From an uncultured Alphaproteobacteria bacterium (GTDB taxonomy: Bacteria > Pseudomonadota > Alphaproteobacteria > Rhizobiales > Xanthobacteraceae): a stretch of DNA of 64,000 bases. Where the stretch lies: positions 599,779 through 663,778 of the forward strand of contig CAWHHX010000002.1 of assembly GCA_963829395.1 (NCBI GenBank). Reading direction: 5' to 3'. The position numbers and the translations under genes are program-made. The notes beneath the pieces were generated by a model, which made no database searches, was not told the origin of the DNA, and saw only the letters and a list, made by a program, of their open reading frames with translations. Shown in pieces: positions 10,192 to 18,185 of this stretch (the first letter of the stretch is position 1; each line of letters starts with the position of its first letter).

Positions 10192-10962
10192 ATGCCCCCT
10201 CGCCGGAGCAACGACGACACAAATTCACCTGCTAGTGTCTTGGAGTATCTAGCCAAGCAAGCTGTGGATACTACCAAAAAAGCCCGAAACAATCGTGTTT
10301 CGCTGTCGGGCGACAATTTCTACGGCAACAAACTCGCAAATTTGCGTTTGGGAGCTACGCGGGCCTTTGAAGAGTTTGCAGCACAATCGACGGGCGATGC
10401 CGCTACCGTGGCCGAATTGATTGGAACCATCTTTGACCCTTCCACCGCGCAGCGTGATCGCCTAAACGCATACCGAGAGCTTTCATTTTCTTTGCAAACG
10501 ACTTGGCGAAAGGCTTCGGAAAGCCCTCCACCCGAAGGTGCCAATTCGTTTTTCCCACCCTCGATTTTGGCGCGAGCCAAGCGCGGCTACATTACATCTA
10601 TCGGTCGCCAGATGAACGCTTGCTATGAGGCAGGCTGCCGTGACGCCTGCGCGGTGATGATGCGGAGACTATTGGAAATCGGCATCATTGAGGCGTTCGA
10701 GCACAAGGGTATTGCCCATAGAATCAAAGATAACAACGACAATTATTTTCACTTGTCGCAGCTAGTTGACCTCACGCTGGCAGAGCCAGCTTTTTCGCTT
10801 TCCCGAAACACCAAAAAGGCTCTTCCTAAATTGCGTGACGCAGGCCATCTCTCCGCTCACGGTCGATATTTTCTTGCTGCCCCGGAGGACCTTGAGAAGA
10901 TGCGCGGCGAGTGCCGGATCGTTCTAGAGGAATTTCTCCATCTATCCGGACTTCTGAATTGA
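10192..10962 (+). CDS. DUF4145 domain-containing protein
   Basis: 256 aa, starting 5 nt after the previous stop. The C-terminal half (IGRQMNACYEAGCRDACAVMMRRLLEIGIIEAF....LSQLVDL......LSRNTKKALPKLRDAGHLSAHG) resembles the DUF4145 helical domain known from restriction-enzyme-associated proteins. The N-terminal 120 aa are unassigned. Confidence 0.55.
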   Translation: MPPRRSNDDTNSPASVLEYLAKQAVDTTKKARNNRVSLSGDNFYGNKLANLRLGATRAFEEFAAQSTGDAATVAELIGTIFDPSTAQRDRLNAYRELSFSLQTTWRKASESPPPEGANSFFPPSILARAKRGYITSIGRQMNACYEAGCRDACAVMMRRLLEIGIIEAFEHKGIAHRIKDNNDNYFHLSQLVDLTLAEPAFSLSRNTKKALPKLRDAGHLSAHGRYFLAAPEDLEKMRGECRIVLEEFLHLSGLLN

Positions 10963-10975
10963 GGACGACGACGAA

Positions 10976-11131
10976 ATGGGCACAGACATTCTTCAGGACC
11001 TAAAAAGTTGGCTTGCACAATTGGTCGCGGACGCCCCGCACCGTCGCGGCCAAATGCCTGAAATCGAAATTGATTACGTCCGCCGCGCGATCGAGGAGAT
11101 CGAGCGATTGCGTGCTGCGGAGAAGAAGTAG
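10976..11131 (+). CDS. hypothetical 51-aa helical/coiled-coil miniprotein
   Basis: Below the ORF-track cutoff. Translation: MGTDILQDLKSWLAQLVADAPHRRGQMPEIEIDYVRRAIEEIERLRAAEKK. It is preceded by the same 15-nt ATTGAGGACGACGAC box that precedes the 9762 start. Confidence 0.3.
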   Translation: MGTDILQDLKSWLAQLVADAPHRRGQMPEIEIDYVRRAIEEIERLRAAEKK

Positions 11132-11347
11132 GCGATTGCGGACCGCCAACGCGCCGGGCTGCGCTTTTCAAGCGCTCCGCCGGAGCATTACACGCGTAAC
11201 GATTTCTCTGGGGACGCTCTCAAAAAACCGTCCTATAATAGTGGTGGTCGAGCTTTTACCTCCGCGAAACTGGCCCCTCCGTTAGCAGCAAAACGCGCGT
11301 AAAAGGTTCGGGAACAATACGATAAATGCCGATTAAATATGGGTTTC

Positions 11348-11422
11348 GCGGGCGTAGTTCAGTGGTAGAACATCAGCTTCCCAAGCTGAGTGTCGTGGGT
11401 TCGATTCCCATCGCCCGCTCCA
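11348..11422 (+). tRNA. tRNA-Gly (anticodon CCC)
   Basis: GCGGGCG TA GTTC AGTGGTA GAAC A TCAGC TTCCCAA GCTGA GTGTC GTGGG TTCGATT CCCAT CGCCCGC T CCA. This folds as a clean cloverleaf with a 7-bp acceptor stem, anticodon loop TT-CCC-AA and an encoded CCA. It closely resembles the E. coli glyU-type sequence. Confidence 0.92.
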
Positions 11423-11461
11423 ATGCTTTGTAACGCGCCACGCGGCAAAACGGGGTGACCG

Positions 11462-11680
11462 ATGGATCAGCGGACAAGCCAGCCGGCCGAGCGGCAGCGG
11501 GGATGGAGCTGGTGGTACCTCCTGTTCGTGATCCAATTCGTCGCGGTGCTGTGGCCGCCGTTTTATAACAAGGCCGAGCCGGCCTTGATCGGCATGCCGT
11601 TCTTCTACTGGTACCAGCTTCTCTGGGTCATCATCGGCGCCGTTCTGACCGCGATCGTGTACGTCGCCACCAGAGATTAG
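11462..11680 (+). CDS. DUF3311 domain-containing small membrane protein
   Basis: 72 aa with two hydrophobic segments (WWYLLFVIQFVAVLWPPFYN....GMPFFYWYQLLWVIIGAVLTAIVY). It sits in the characteristic position immediately upstream of a sodium:solute symporter gene. Confidence 0.75.
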   Translation: MDQRTSQPAERQRGWSWWYLLFVIQFVAVLWPPFYNKAEPALIGMPFFYWYQLLWVIIGAVLTAIVYVATRD

Positions 11681-11745
11681 AACCAGCGCGTCGTTTTTCA
11701 CCTCTCCCGCTTTGGAGAGAGGGCGCAACAATCGGGGGAGACGCC

Positions 11746-13290
11746 GTGGCGGAGGTGAACTGGACTGCGCTGATCATTTTTGTCGTGCTGTTTGCCTTCA
11801 TCACCTGGCTCGGCTTTGCGGCGGCGCACTGGCGCAAGGGCGACCTCGACCAGCTGCATGAATGGGGGCTCGGCGGCCGGCGGTTCGGCACCATCATCAC
11901 CTGGTTCCTGATCGGCGGCGATCTCTACACGGCCTATACCTTCATCGCCGTGCCGGCGCTGGCATTCGGCGCCGGCGCCGTCGCCTTCTTCGCCGTGCCT
12001 TACACCATCATGATCTATCCGATCCTGTTCCTGGTTTTCCCGCGGCTCTGGCATGTCTGTCACAAGCACAACTACATCACGCCGGCCGATTTCGTCCGCG
12101 GTCGCTTCGGCAATCGCTGGCTGGCGCTGGCGACGGCGATCACCGGCCTGATCGCGACCATGCCCTACATCGCCCTGCAGCTGGTCGGCTTACAGGTGGT
12201 CATCGCCGGCATGGGCGTTTCCGGCACCGGCATCATGGGCGACCTGCCGCTCGCCATCGCCTTCATCATCCTGGCGGCTTTCACCTATTCCAGCGGGCTG
12301 CGCGCGCCGGCCTCGATCGCCGTCGTCAAGGACGTCCTGATCTATGTCACAGCGTTCGCCGCGGTGATCGTGGTGCCGATCCAGATGGGCGGCTTCGGCA
12401 AGATTTTTGCTGCGGTGCCACAGGCGAAATTGCTGCTGGCCACGCCGGCCGCCCATTCGACCGGCGCCTTCAGCTATTACGCAACGCTGGCGCTCGGCTC
12501 GGCGCTGGCGCTGTTCCTCTATCCGCATTCCGTCACCGGCATATTGAGCGCGTCGAGCGGCCGCGCCATCCGCCGCAATGCGGCGATGCTGCCGGGCTAT
12601 TCATTCATGCTCGGGCTCCTTGCTCTGGTCGGCTTCTTCGCCATCGCCGCCGGCGTCGGCAGCCTTCCCGAGTTCGCCGAAGGCTTCAAGCAGTTCGGCA
12701 CCAATTTCGCGGTGCCGGCGCTGTTCCTGCACAGTTTCCCGTCCTGGTTCGTCGGCATCGCCTTTGCCGCGGTCGGCATCGGCGCCCTGGTGCCGGCGGC
12801 GATCATGTCGATCGCGGCGGCCAATCTCTATACCCGCAACATCCATCGCGAGTTCATCAACCCCAATCCGACCGACAAGCAGGAAGCGCGGATGGCAAAG
12901 TGGGTGTCGCTGATCGTCAAGTTCGGCGCGCTCGTCTTCATCGTGGTCGAGCCGGCGCAATATGCGATTTATCTGCAGCTGCTCGGCGGCATCCTGATCA
13001 TCCAAACGCTGCCGGCGATCATGCTCGGCGTCTATACGCGCTGGTTCAACGATTGGGCGCTGCTGGTCGGCTGGGCGGTGGGGATGGCGACCGGCACCGC
13101 GATGTTCGTTGTGGTCAACACGCCCAATTATCCGTTGGCGATCGCCGGTTTCGTCTTTCCGGGCTATGCGGCGATCTACAGCGTCGTGCTCAATCTTGCC
13201 GTCGCGGTCGTGCTCACCCCGGTGTTCAACGCCATGAGCAGCAGCAAGGCGCCGCGCGACGCGACGGTGGCGGCGGATTATCGGGCGTAG
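11746..13290 (+). CDS. sodium:solute symporter family transporter (MctP-like)
   Basis: 514 aa and strongly hydrophobic throughout. The SSF-type N-terminus reads FVVLFAFITWLGFAAAHWRKGDLDQLHEWGLGGRRFGTIITWFLIGGDLYTAYTFIAVPA. It is paired with DUF3311. Confidence 0.85.
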   Translation: MAEVNWTALIIFVVLFAFITWLGFAAAHWRKGDLDQLHEWGLGGRRFGTIITWFLIGGDLYTAYTFIAVPALAFGAGAVAFFAVPYTIMIYPILFLVFPRLWHVCHKHNYITPADFVRGRFGNRWLALATAITGLIATMPYIALQLVGLQVVIAGMGVSGTGIMGDLPLAIAFIILAAFTYSSGLRAPASIAVVKDVLIYVTAFAAVIVVPIQMGGFGKIFAAVPQAKLLLATPAAHSTGAFSYYATLALGSALALFLYPHSVTGILSASSGRAIRRNAAMLPGYSFMLGLLALVGFFAIAAGVGSLPEFAEGFKQFGTNFAVPALFLHSFPSWFVGIAFAAVGIGALVPAAIMSIAAANLYTRNIHREFINPNPTDKQEARMAKWVSLIVKFGALVFIVVEPAQYAIYLQLLGGILIIQTLPAIMLGVYTRWFNDWALLVGWAVGMATGTAMFVVVNTPNYPLAIAGFVFPGYAAIYSVVLNLAVAVVLTPVFNAMSSSKAPRDATVAADYRA

Positions 13291-13302
13291 GCGGCGATTG
13301 TC

Positions 13303-13418
13303 GTCATTGCGAGCGAAGCGGAGCAATCAAGGGCGGCCTGCGCGCGAAAGCTGGATTGCTTCGCGGAGCTTGTCATCGGGCCGGCCACTTCGGGCCGAAC
13401 CCGTTGGCTCGCAATGAC
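13303..13418. repeat. REP-like palindromic element, family A (extended copy)
   Basis: GTCATTGCGAGCGAAGCGGAGCAATCAAGG...CTGGATTGCTTCGCGGAGC...GGCTCGCAATGAC lies between the converging ends of the symporter and TPP-enzyme genes. Confidence 0.65.
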
Positions 13419-13426
13419 GGGTAGAT

Positions 13427-15172
13427 TTACATCCGCGTGACGCGGACGTGCAGCAGCGCGGAGCGGCCGCCGCGGACCTCCTTGGCGCAGCGCGCGATCG
13501 CTGCCGGCACTTCGGCCGGGTCGCTGAGCTTCTCCGCATAGGCGCCGAACGCTTCCGCGACCTTGCCGAATTCGACCTTGGGCGCGAGCTCGGCCTCGAA
13601 TTCGTTGGCGGCGCTCGCCTCGCCGTCGGGATAGACCCGCAGCGTCGATTGCTTGACCGCCGACCAGCCGGAATTGTCGAGGATGATCGAGAGAAACGGC
13701 AGGCGGTATTGCTGCGCGACCGCAAACACCGAGCACGGATTGCAGAAATAGAAGCCGCCGTCGCCGGCGACTTGCACCATCATCCGGTTCGGCGCGGCAA
13801 GCTTGGCGCCGAGCGCCATGGCGCCCGACCAGCCGAGCCCGGCGCCGTTGGTGTTGAACGCGGTGTTGGGCACGCGGCGCGGAATCTGCATCAGCACCGC
13901 CGGCGTGTTGGTGACCGCCTCGTTGAAAATAATATCGTCGTCGTCGAGCACCTTGCCGAGCTCCGCCATGAAGTAATGCGGATTGATCGCACCAGGCTTG
14001 CCGTGATCGGCGGCGAGCTTGGCGGCGTGCGCGAGCCGCGCTTGGCGCGTCGCTTTCAGCCGATCGCGCCGGGCCGCCGCCGCCGCCTTGAAGCCCGGCG
14101 TCGCTTTGGCTTTCAGCTCCGTGAGCAACTGATCGAGGATGCGGCCGGTATGGCCCTGCAGGCGCAAGTTGCCGGGAAAGGTCCACATCGGCGAGCCCAG
14201 CTTGAGCACGTCGACATCGATATGGGCCCAGAAGGTTTTATCGTTCGGCTCGACGTCGGCAGGAAACCACGGCGCTTCCACGTCGACGAGGAGGCCGACA
14301 TCGGTTTCGGGCAGAGCCTCGTCCGGTGAAAAGCCGGCGAAACACGGGCTCTCATAGGAGATGTTGCTTTTCGAGTTTGCCTCATAGATCGGAATCCCGG
14401 CGAATTGCGCGAGCTCGTCGATCTTGGCCGCCGCCAGCGCATCCATGCCGCCATAGCCGGTGATCAGGATCGGATTTTGCGCCGCCAGCAGGCGGTCGGC
14501 CAGCGCGGCCACCAGCGCCGGATCGGCGCCGGCGCCGGCCAGCGCACCGAACCGGTCGGACGGAAAGCGTTTGATGTCGTCGACGCTCCAATGCTGCGTC
14601 AAGGTTTCACGCTGCATCATCAGATAGACCGGCCCGCACGGCGCGCTCTGCATGATCGAATAAGCCCGCTGCAGCGCTTCCTTGACGACGACGCCCGATG
14701 GCAGCGTCCACTCCCATTTGGTGTAAGGCCGCACCAGGCTCCCCTGATCGAACGGCTCCTGGACGAAATGCACGTGGGTGTCGCGCGTTCCGATCAGCTC
14801 ATCGTGCGAGGTATAGGGCGCCTTGCCTGCCATCAGCAGCACCGGCAGGCGGCTGCGGTAGAGATTGTGCATGGCGTTGGCGGCATTGGCGGTGCCGACA
14901 TCGACATGCACCAGCACGCCTTGGCCGCGGCCGGTAACCAGCGCATAGCCTCCGGCCATGTGCGCCGCCGTATTCTCGTGCGGACAGCGCACGATGTCCG
15001 GCATCGCCTCGCCGCGCTTTCGCCGATGCGCCATTTCCTCGATGATCGGCGCGTGATCGGTGCCGAGATTGCAGAACAAATAATCGATGCCGATCTCTTT
15101 GAGACCCTCGAGCAGATAATAAGCGCTGGAGAAATCGCTGACGTTGGTGTTCCGCCCTACCGATGTATCCAT
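13427..15172 (-). CDS. thiamine pyrophosphate-binding enzyme (acetolactate synthase large-subunit-like)
   Basis: 581 aa. The N-terminal TPP_N pattern reads AYYLLEGLKEIGIDYLFCNLGTDHAPIIEE....CPHENTAAHMAGGYALVTGRGQGVLVHVDVGTANA. The C-terminal TPP-binding stretch reads GAGLGWSGAMALGAKLAAPNRMMVQVAGDGGFYF. Confidence 0.85.
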   Translation of the reverse strand: MDTSVGRNTNVSDFSSAYYLLEGLKEIGIDYLFCNLGTDHAPIIEEMAHRRKRGEAMPDIVRCPHENTAAHMAGGYALVTGRGQGVLVHVDVGTANAANAMHNLYRSRLPVLLMAGKAPYTSHDELIGTRDTHVHFVQEPFDQGSLVRPYTKWEWTLPSGVVVKEALQRAYSIMQSAPCGPVYLMMQRETLTQHWSVDDIKRFPSDRFGALAGAGADPALVAALADRLLAAQNPILITGYGGMDALAAAKIDELAQFAGIPIYEANSKSNISYESPCFAGFSPDEALPETDVGLLVDVEAPWFPADVEPNDKTFWAHIDVDVLKLGSPMWTFPGNLRLQGHTGRILDQLLTELKAKATPGFKAAAAARRDRLKATRQARLAHAAKLAADHGKPGAINPHYFMAELGKVLDDDDIIFNEAVTNTPAVLMQIPRRVPNTAFNTNGAGLGWSGAMALGAKLAAPNRMMVQVAGDGGFYFCNPCSVFAVAQQYRLPFLSIILDNSGWSAVKQSTLRVYPDGEASAANEFEAELAPKVEFGKVAEAFGAYAEKLSDPAEVPAAIARCAKEVRGGRSALLHVRVTRM

Positions 15173-15398
15173 GGATGAAGCCCAGCCGTTCCTAGGTTTA
15201 AATCCCTCGCACTATAGCATCATAGCGTCAGCTCGCGCCCACCGGCTGCGCACGCGCCGAGCGGCCCGGCCGGCACCATGACAAAAGCTTGGCGTTCCCC
15301 CGGAAATTTACCCTCCACACAATTCTCTGGACCGCCCTCCGAACTCTCGCCACAATAGGCAGGGATGGTCACGGGCGGAACGGGGAAAGGTCTCAAGC

Positions 15399-15866
15399 AT
15401 GAAGTGGCAGGCAGCCTTGGTCGGCGCATTGGCGTCGGCTGCGCTCTCGACTGTGGTTTTCGCACCGGCGGCTTATGCGGAAGTCCACATCGTCAACGAT
15501 CCGGGCGGCGAAGTCAGCGAATATGCCCAGAAATTCCACGAACTGAGCGAAGCCGGCGAACATCTCGTCATCGACGGGCCCTGTCTTTCGGCCTGCACGT
15601 TGTTCACGGCCTTTATTCCGCGCGACCATGTCTGCGTGACACGCCGCGCGGTGCTGGGGTTCCACGCCGCATCTTATTTCGATGACGCGAGGCGCTCGCT
15701 GGTGCCGACGCGCAAGGGCACGGCCTTGATCATGAAGCTCTATCCGCCGGAGATCCGCAGTTGGATCGAGCGACATGGCGGCTTAACGCCGCACATCCTC
15801 GCGATGCGCGGCAAGGAGCTCACGGCGCTCTACGACACCTGCCCGGAAGAGGGCGTCGGCAACTAA
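15399..15866 (+). CDS. hypothetical secreted protein
   Basis: 155 aa with a clear signal peptide (MKWQAALVGALASAALSTVVFAPAAYA). No family recognised with confidence; conserved Cys residues lie in GPCLSACTLF and HVCVT. Confidence 0.55.
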   Translation: MKWQAALVGALASAALSTVVFAPAAYAEVHIVNDPGGEVSEYAQKFHELSEAGEHLVIDGPCLSACTLFTAFIPRDHVCVTRRAVLGFHAASYFDDARRSLVPTRKGTALIMKLYPPEIRSWIERHGGLTPHILAMRGKELTALYDTCPEEGVGN

Positions 15867-15949
15867 GCGCCCGCCACCAGGCGCTACGATCCGATCGGTT
15901 GTCGGCTGCCGCGTTCGGACCTATTTACGATAGGTCCGAGAGAAAGCCG

Positions 15950-16120
15950 ATGCCTGTCACACCACGCCTGACCGCACCACGCCCGACGTCGAAGCCGCTG
16001 ATTGTGGCGGGCGGAGCGATTGTGGTCGCGCTGGCGGGCACGCTCTGGCTCTGGGCCCAATACGGCACGACGATATTCTTCGAGACCATCCGTACCGGCT
16101 TTGCCGCCTGCTTCGGCTGA
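15950..16120 (+). CDS. hypothetical 56-aa single-pass membrane protein
   Basis: This is the inner part of track ORF 15761..16120. ATG 15950 follows GAGAGAAAG. Translation: MPVTPRLTAPRPTSKPLIVAGGAIVVALAGTLWLWAQYGTTIFFETIRTGFAACFG. It ends 11 nt before the SCO gene. Confidence 0.4.
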   Translation: MPVTPRLTAPRPTSKPLIVAGGAIVVALAGTLWLWAQYGTTIFFETIRTGFAACFG

Positions 16121-16131
16121 CGGAGGATGGC

Positions 16132-16737
16132 GTGAGCGACCCGAAAGCCGTTTCCCGCGTCCTGCCGGTTATCGGCGCCTTCGTCGCCGGGCTCGTCCTG
16201 GTGCTGGGCGTCTTGGTGTATCTGACCGGACATTCGGCCTCGCCGATCGGACGCGCGATGGCGTCCGTGGGCGGTCCCTTTCACCTAGAGGACCAGAGCG
16301 GCAAGCCGGTCAGCGATGTGGACATGAAGGGCCGGCCGTTCCTGGTGTTCTTCGGCTACACCCATTGTCCGGACGTCTGTCCGACCACCTTGTTCGAGAT
16401 TTCCGAAGTCATGAAGGCGCTCGGCAAGGATGCCGACCGCACCGGAGCGCTGTTCATCACCGTCGATCCGGCGCGCGATACGCCGGCCGTGCTCAAGGAC
16501 TATTTGTCGAATTTCGACCCGCATTTGCGCGGCCTGACCGGCGATCCCGCGGCAGTCGAGGCGGCGCTCAAGGCCTATCGGGTTTATGCGGCGAAAATCC
16601 CGCTCAAGGACGGCGACTACACCATGGACCACACCGCCGCCGTCTATCTCATGGACAAAGACGGCCGCTTCGTCGCGACCTTCAATCTCAAGCAGACGCC
16701 CGAAGCGGCAGCCAGCCAGTTGCGCGGCTATCTGTAA
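16132..16737 (+). CDS. SCO family copper chaperone / thiol-disulfide protein (Sco1/SenC)
   Basis: 201 aa with an N-terminal TM anchor, the CPDVCP (CxxxC) motif, FITVDPARDTP, and a downstream His in MDHTAAVYLMD. GTG start after GGAGGA. Confidence 0.85.
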   Translation: MSDPKAVSRVLPVIGAFVAGLVLVLGVLVYLTGHSASPIGRAMASVGGPFHLEDQSGKPVSDVDMKGRPFLVFFGYTHCPDVCPTTLFEISEVMKALGKDADRTGALFITVDPARDTPAVLKDYLSNFDPHLRGLTGDPAAVEAALKAYRVYAAKIPLKDGDYTMDHTAAVYLMDKDGRFVATFNLKQTPEAAASQLRGYL

Positions 16738-16752
16738 GGCGCGCCCGTTCGG

Positions 16753-17649
16753 TCAGTCCGAAATCCGTCCCAAGGCATAGAGTGCGTCGAGCAGGATGCC
16801 GGGACGCGAACCGAAAAACCACCGCTCGAACAGGTCGACCGTTTTGCCGGAGCGGAAAATCTGCGCCAGTCCGGTATTCACCGCCAGGCGGAAAGCCCAA
16901 TCGCCGCGCGGCAGGACGATTGCATATTGTTCGATCGATAGATCGTCCGGCAGCATCACGAAAGCTTCCGGATGTTTGATCTGGGCGCCGGCCAGCAAGA
17001 GCTTGTCGCTGGCGAAGCCATCGACCTTGCCTGCTTCGAGCGCCGCGACCGCTTCGTCGCGATCCTTGACCGCCACAAGCGTGACATTGAGGCTTCGCGC
17101 CCGCACCTGTTCGGTCGCGACGCGCTCATTGGTCGTGCCGGCGACGACGGCGATCTTCTTGCCAGCCAGCTCGGCAAAAGAATGAATGTTGGACGCGGCC
17201 CCGACCAGGACGCCGGTGGATTCGACAAAGACCAGATTGGAGAAGTCGATTTCTTTCATGCGGCCGAGCGTCACCGTGCTCGAGCCGCATTCCAGATCCG
17301 CCTTGCCGCCGGCGACGGCGGAGAACCGGCTCTCGACCGTCACCGGCACCCATTCGATCTTCAGCTCGGACGATCCAAACTGCTGCTCGATCGATTTCGT
17401 CACCTGCTTGCAGAGGTCGATGGTGTAACCGAGCGGCTCCTTGGCGTCGTTGACGAACGCAAACGGCCGGGCGTCGGCGCGGTAGGCGATGCGAATGACC
17501 TTCTTGGCCAGGATGGTTTTCAGGCGGCTGTCGGCCGGGACGTGCGTCTCCGCCGCCAGTGCCGCGGCCGATACCAGCAGCGCGCACGAAACGGCTGCCA
17601 AACGGAGAGTGATCCTTGCGCCCCGACTGCCTGCGACATTGCCCCGCAT
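16753..17649 (-). CDS. amino-acid ABC transporter substrate-binding protein
   Basis: Track ORF 16753..17676 starts at TTG; ATG 17649 gives [33 protein letters not shown], a signal peptide. The body is a typical family 3 [17 protein letters not shown].....[18 protein letters not shown]. Confidence 0.8.
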   Translation of the reverse strand: MRGNVAGSRGARITLRLAAVSCALLVSAAALAAETHVPADSRLKTILAKKVIRIAYRADARPFAFVNDAKEPLGYTIDLCKQVTKSIEQQFGSSELKIEWVPVTVESRFSAVAGGKADLECGSSTVTLGRMKEIDFSNLVFVESTGVLVGAASNIHSFAELAGKKIAVVAGTTNERVATEQVRARSLNVTLVAVKDRDEAVAALEAGKVDGFASDKLLLAGAQIKHPEAFVMLPDDLSIEQYAIVLPRGDWAFRLAVNTGLAQIFRSGKTVDLFERWFFGSRPGILLDALYALGRISD

Positions 17650-17915
17650 GTTTTCACCACCACCCTGTTGCTCCAACTGCCGGCGATCTTAGACGCGGCA
17701 GCACGGTGGGGATAGCCCGCCTTGGTGCTGAAACTGATGAAACAATGCGTGCCAGCCAGGCGCCATTCGCTGCGCGGCGCAACGGCCGCTCGCGGCCAAC
17801 GCAAGGCCTGAAAGCACGTAGAGAAAAACGGACTAGAAACAGAGTGTTCCAAGGCACATTGACGGGAGCGCCCGGCGCCCCTATAAGCGCCCCTTCACGA
17901 AACCCCATATCGATC

Positions 17916-18185
17916 ATGGCCAATACAAAATCAGCCAAGAAGGCCGCGCGCCAAAGTGTGCGCCGCACAGTCATCAATAAAGCGCGGCGCTCGCGGCTGC
18001 GCGGTGCGGTGCGCAAAGTCGAAGAGGCCATCACCGCCGGCGATCGGTCGCGCGCTCTCACTGCCATGGCGGAAGCCGAGCCCGTCATCATTCGTGCAGC
18101 GCAAAAGAACGTCGTGCACCGCAACGCGGCGCAGCGTAAGGTGTCACGCTTGGCACATCGGATCGCCGCGCTCGGCAAATCTTGA
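17916..18185 (+). CDS. rpsT: 30S ribosomal protein S20
   Basis: This is the inner part of track ORF 17616..18185. ATG 17916 gives [39 protein letters not shown]..., the canonical S20. Confidence 0.92.
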   Translation: MANTKSAKKAARQSVRRTVINKARRSRLRGAVRKVEEAITAGDRSRALTAMAEAEPVIIRAAQKNVVHRNAAQRKVSRLAHRIAALGKS

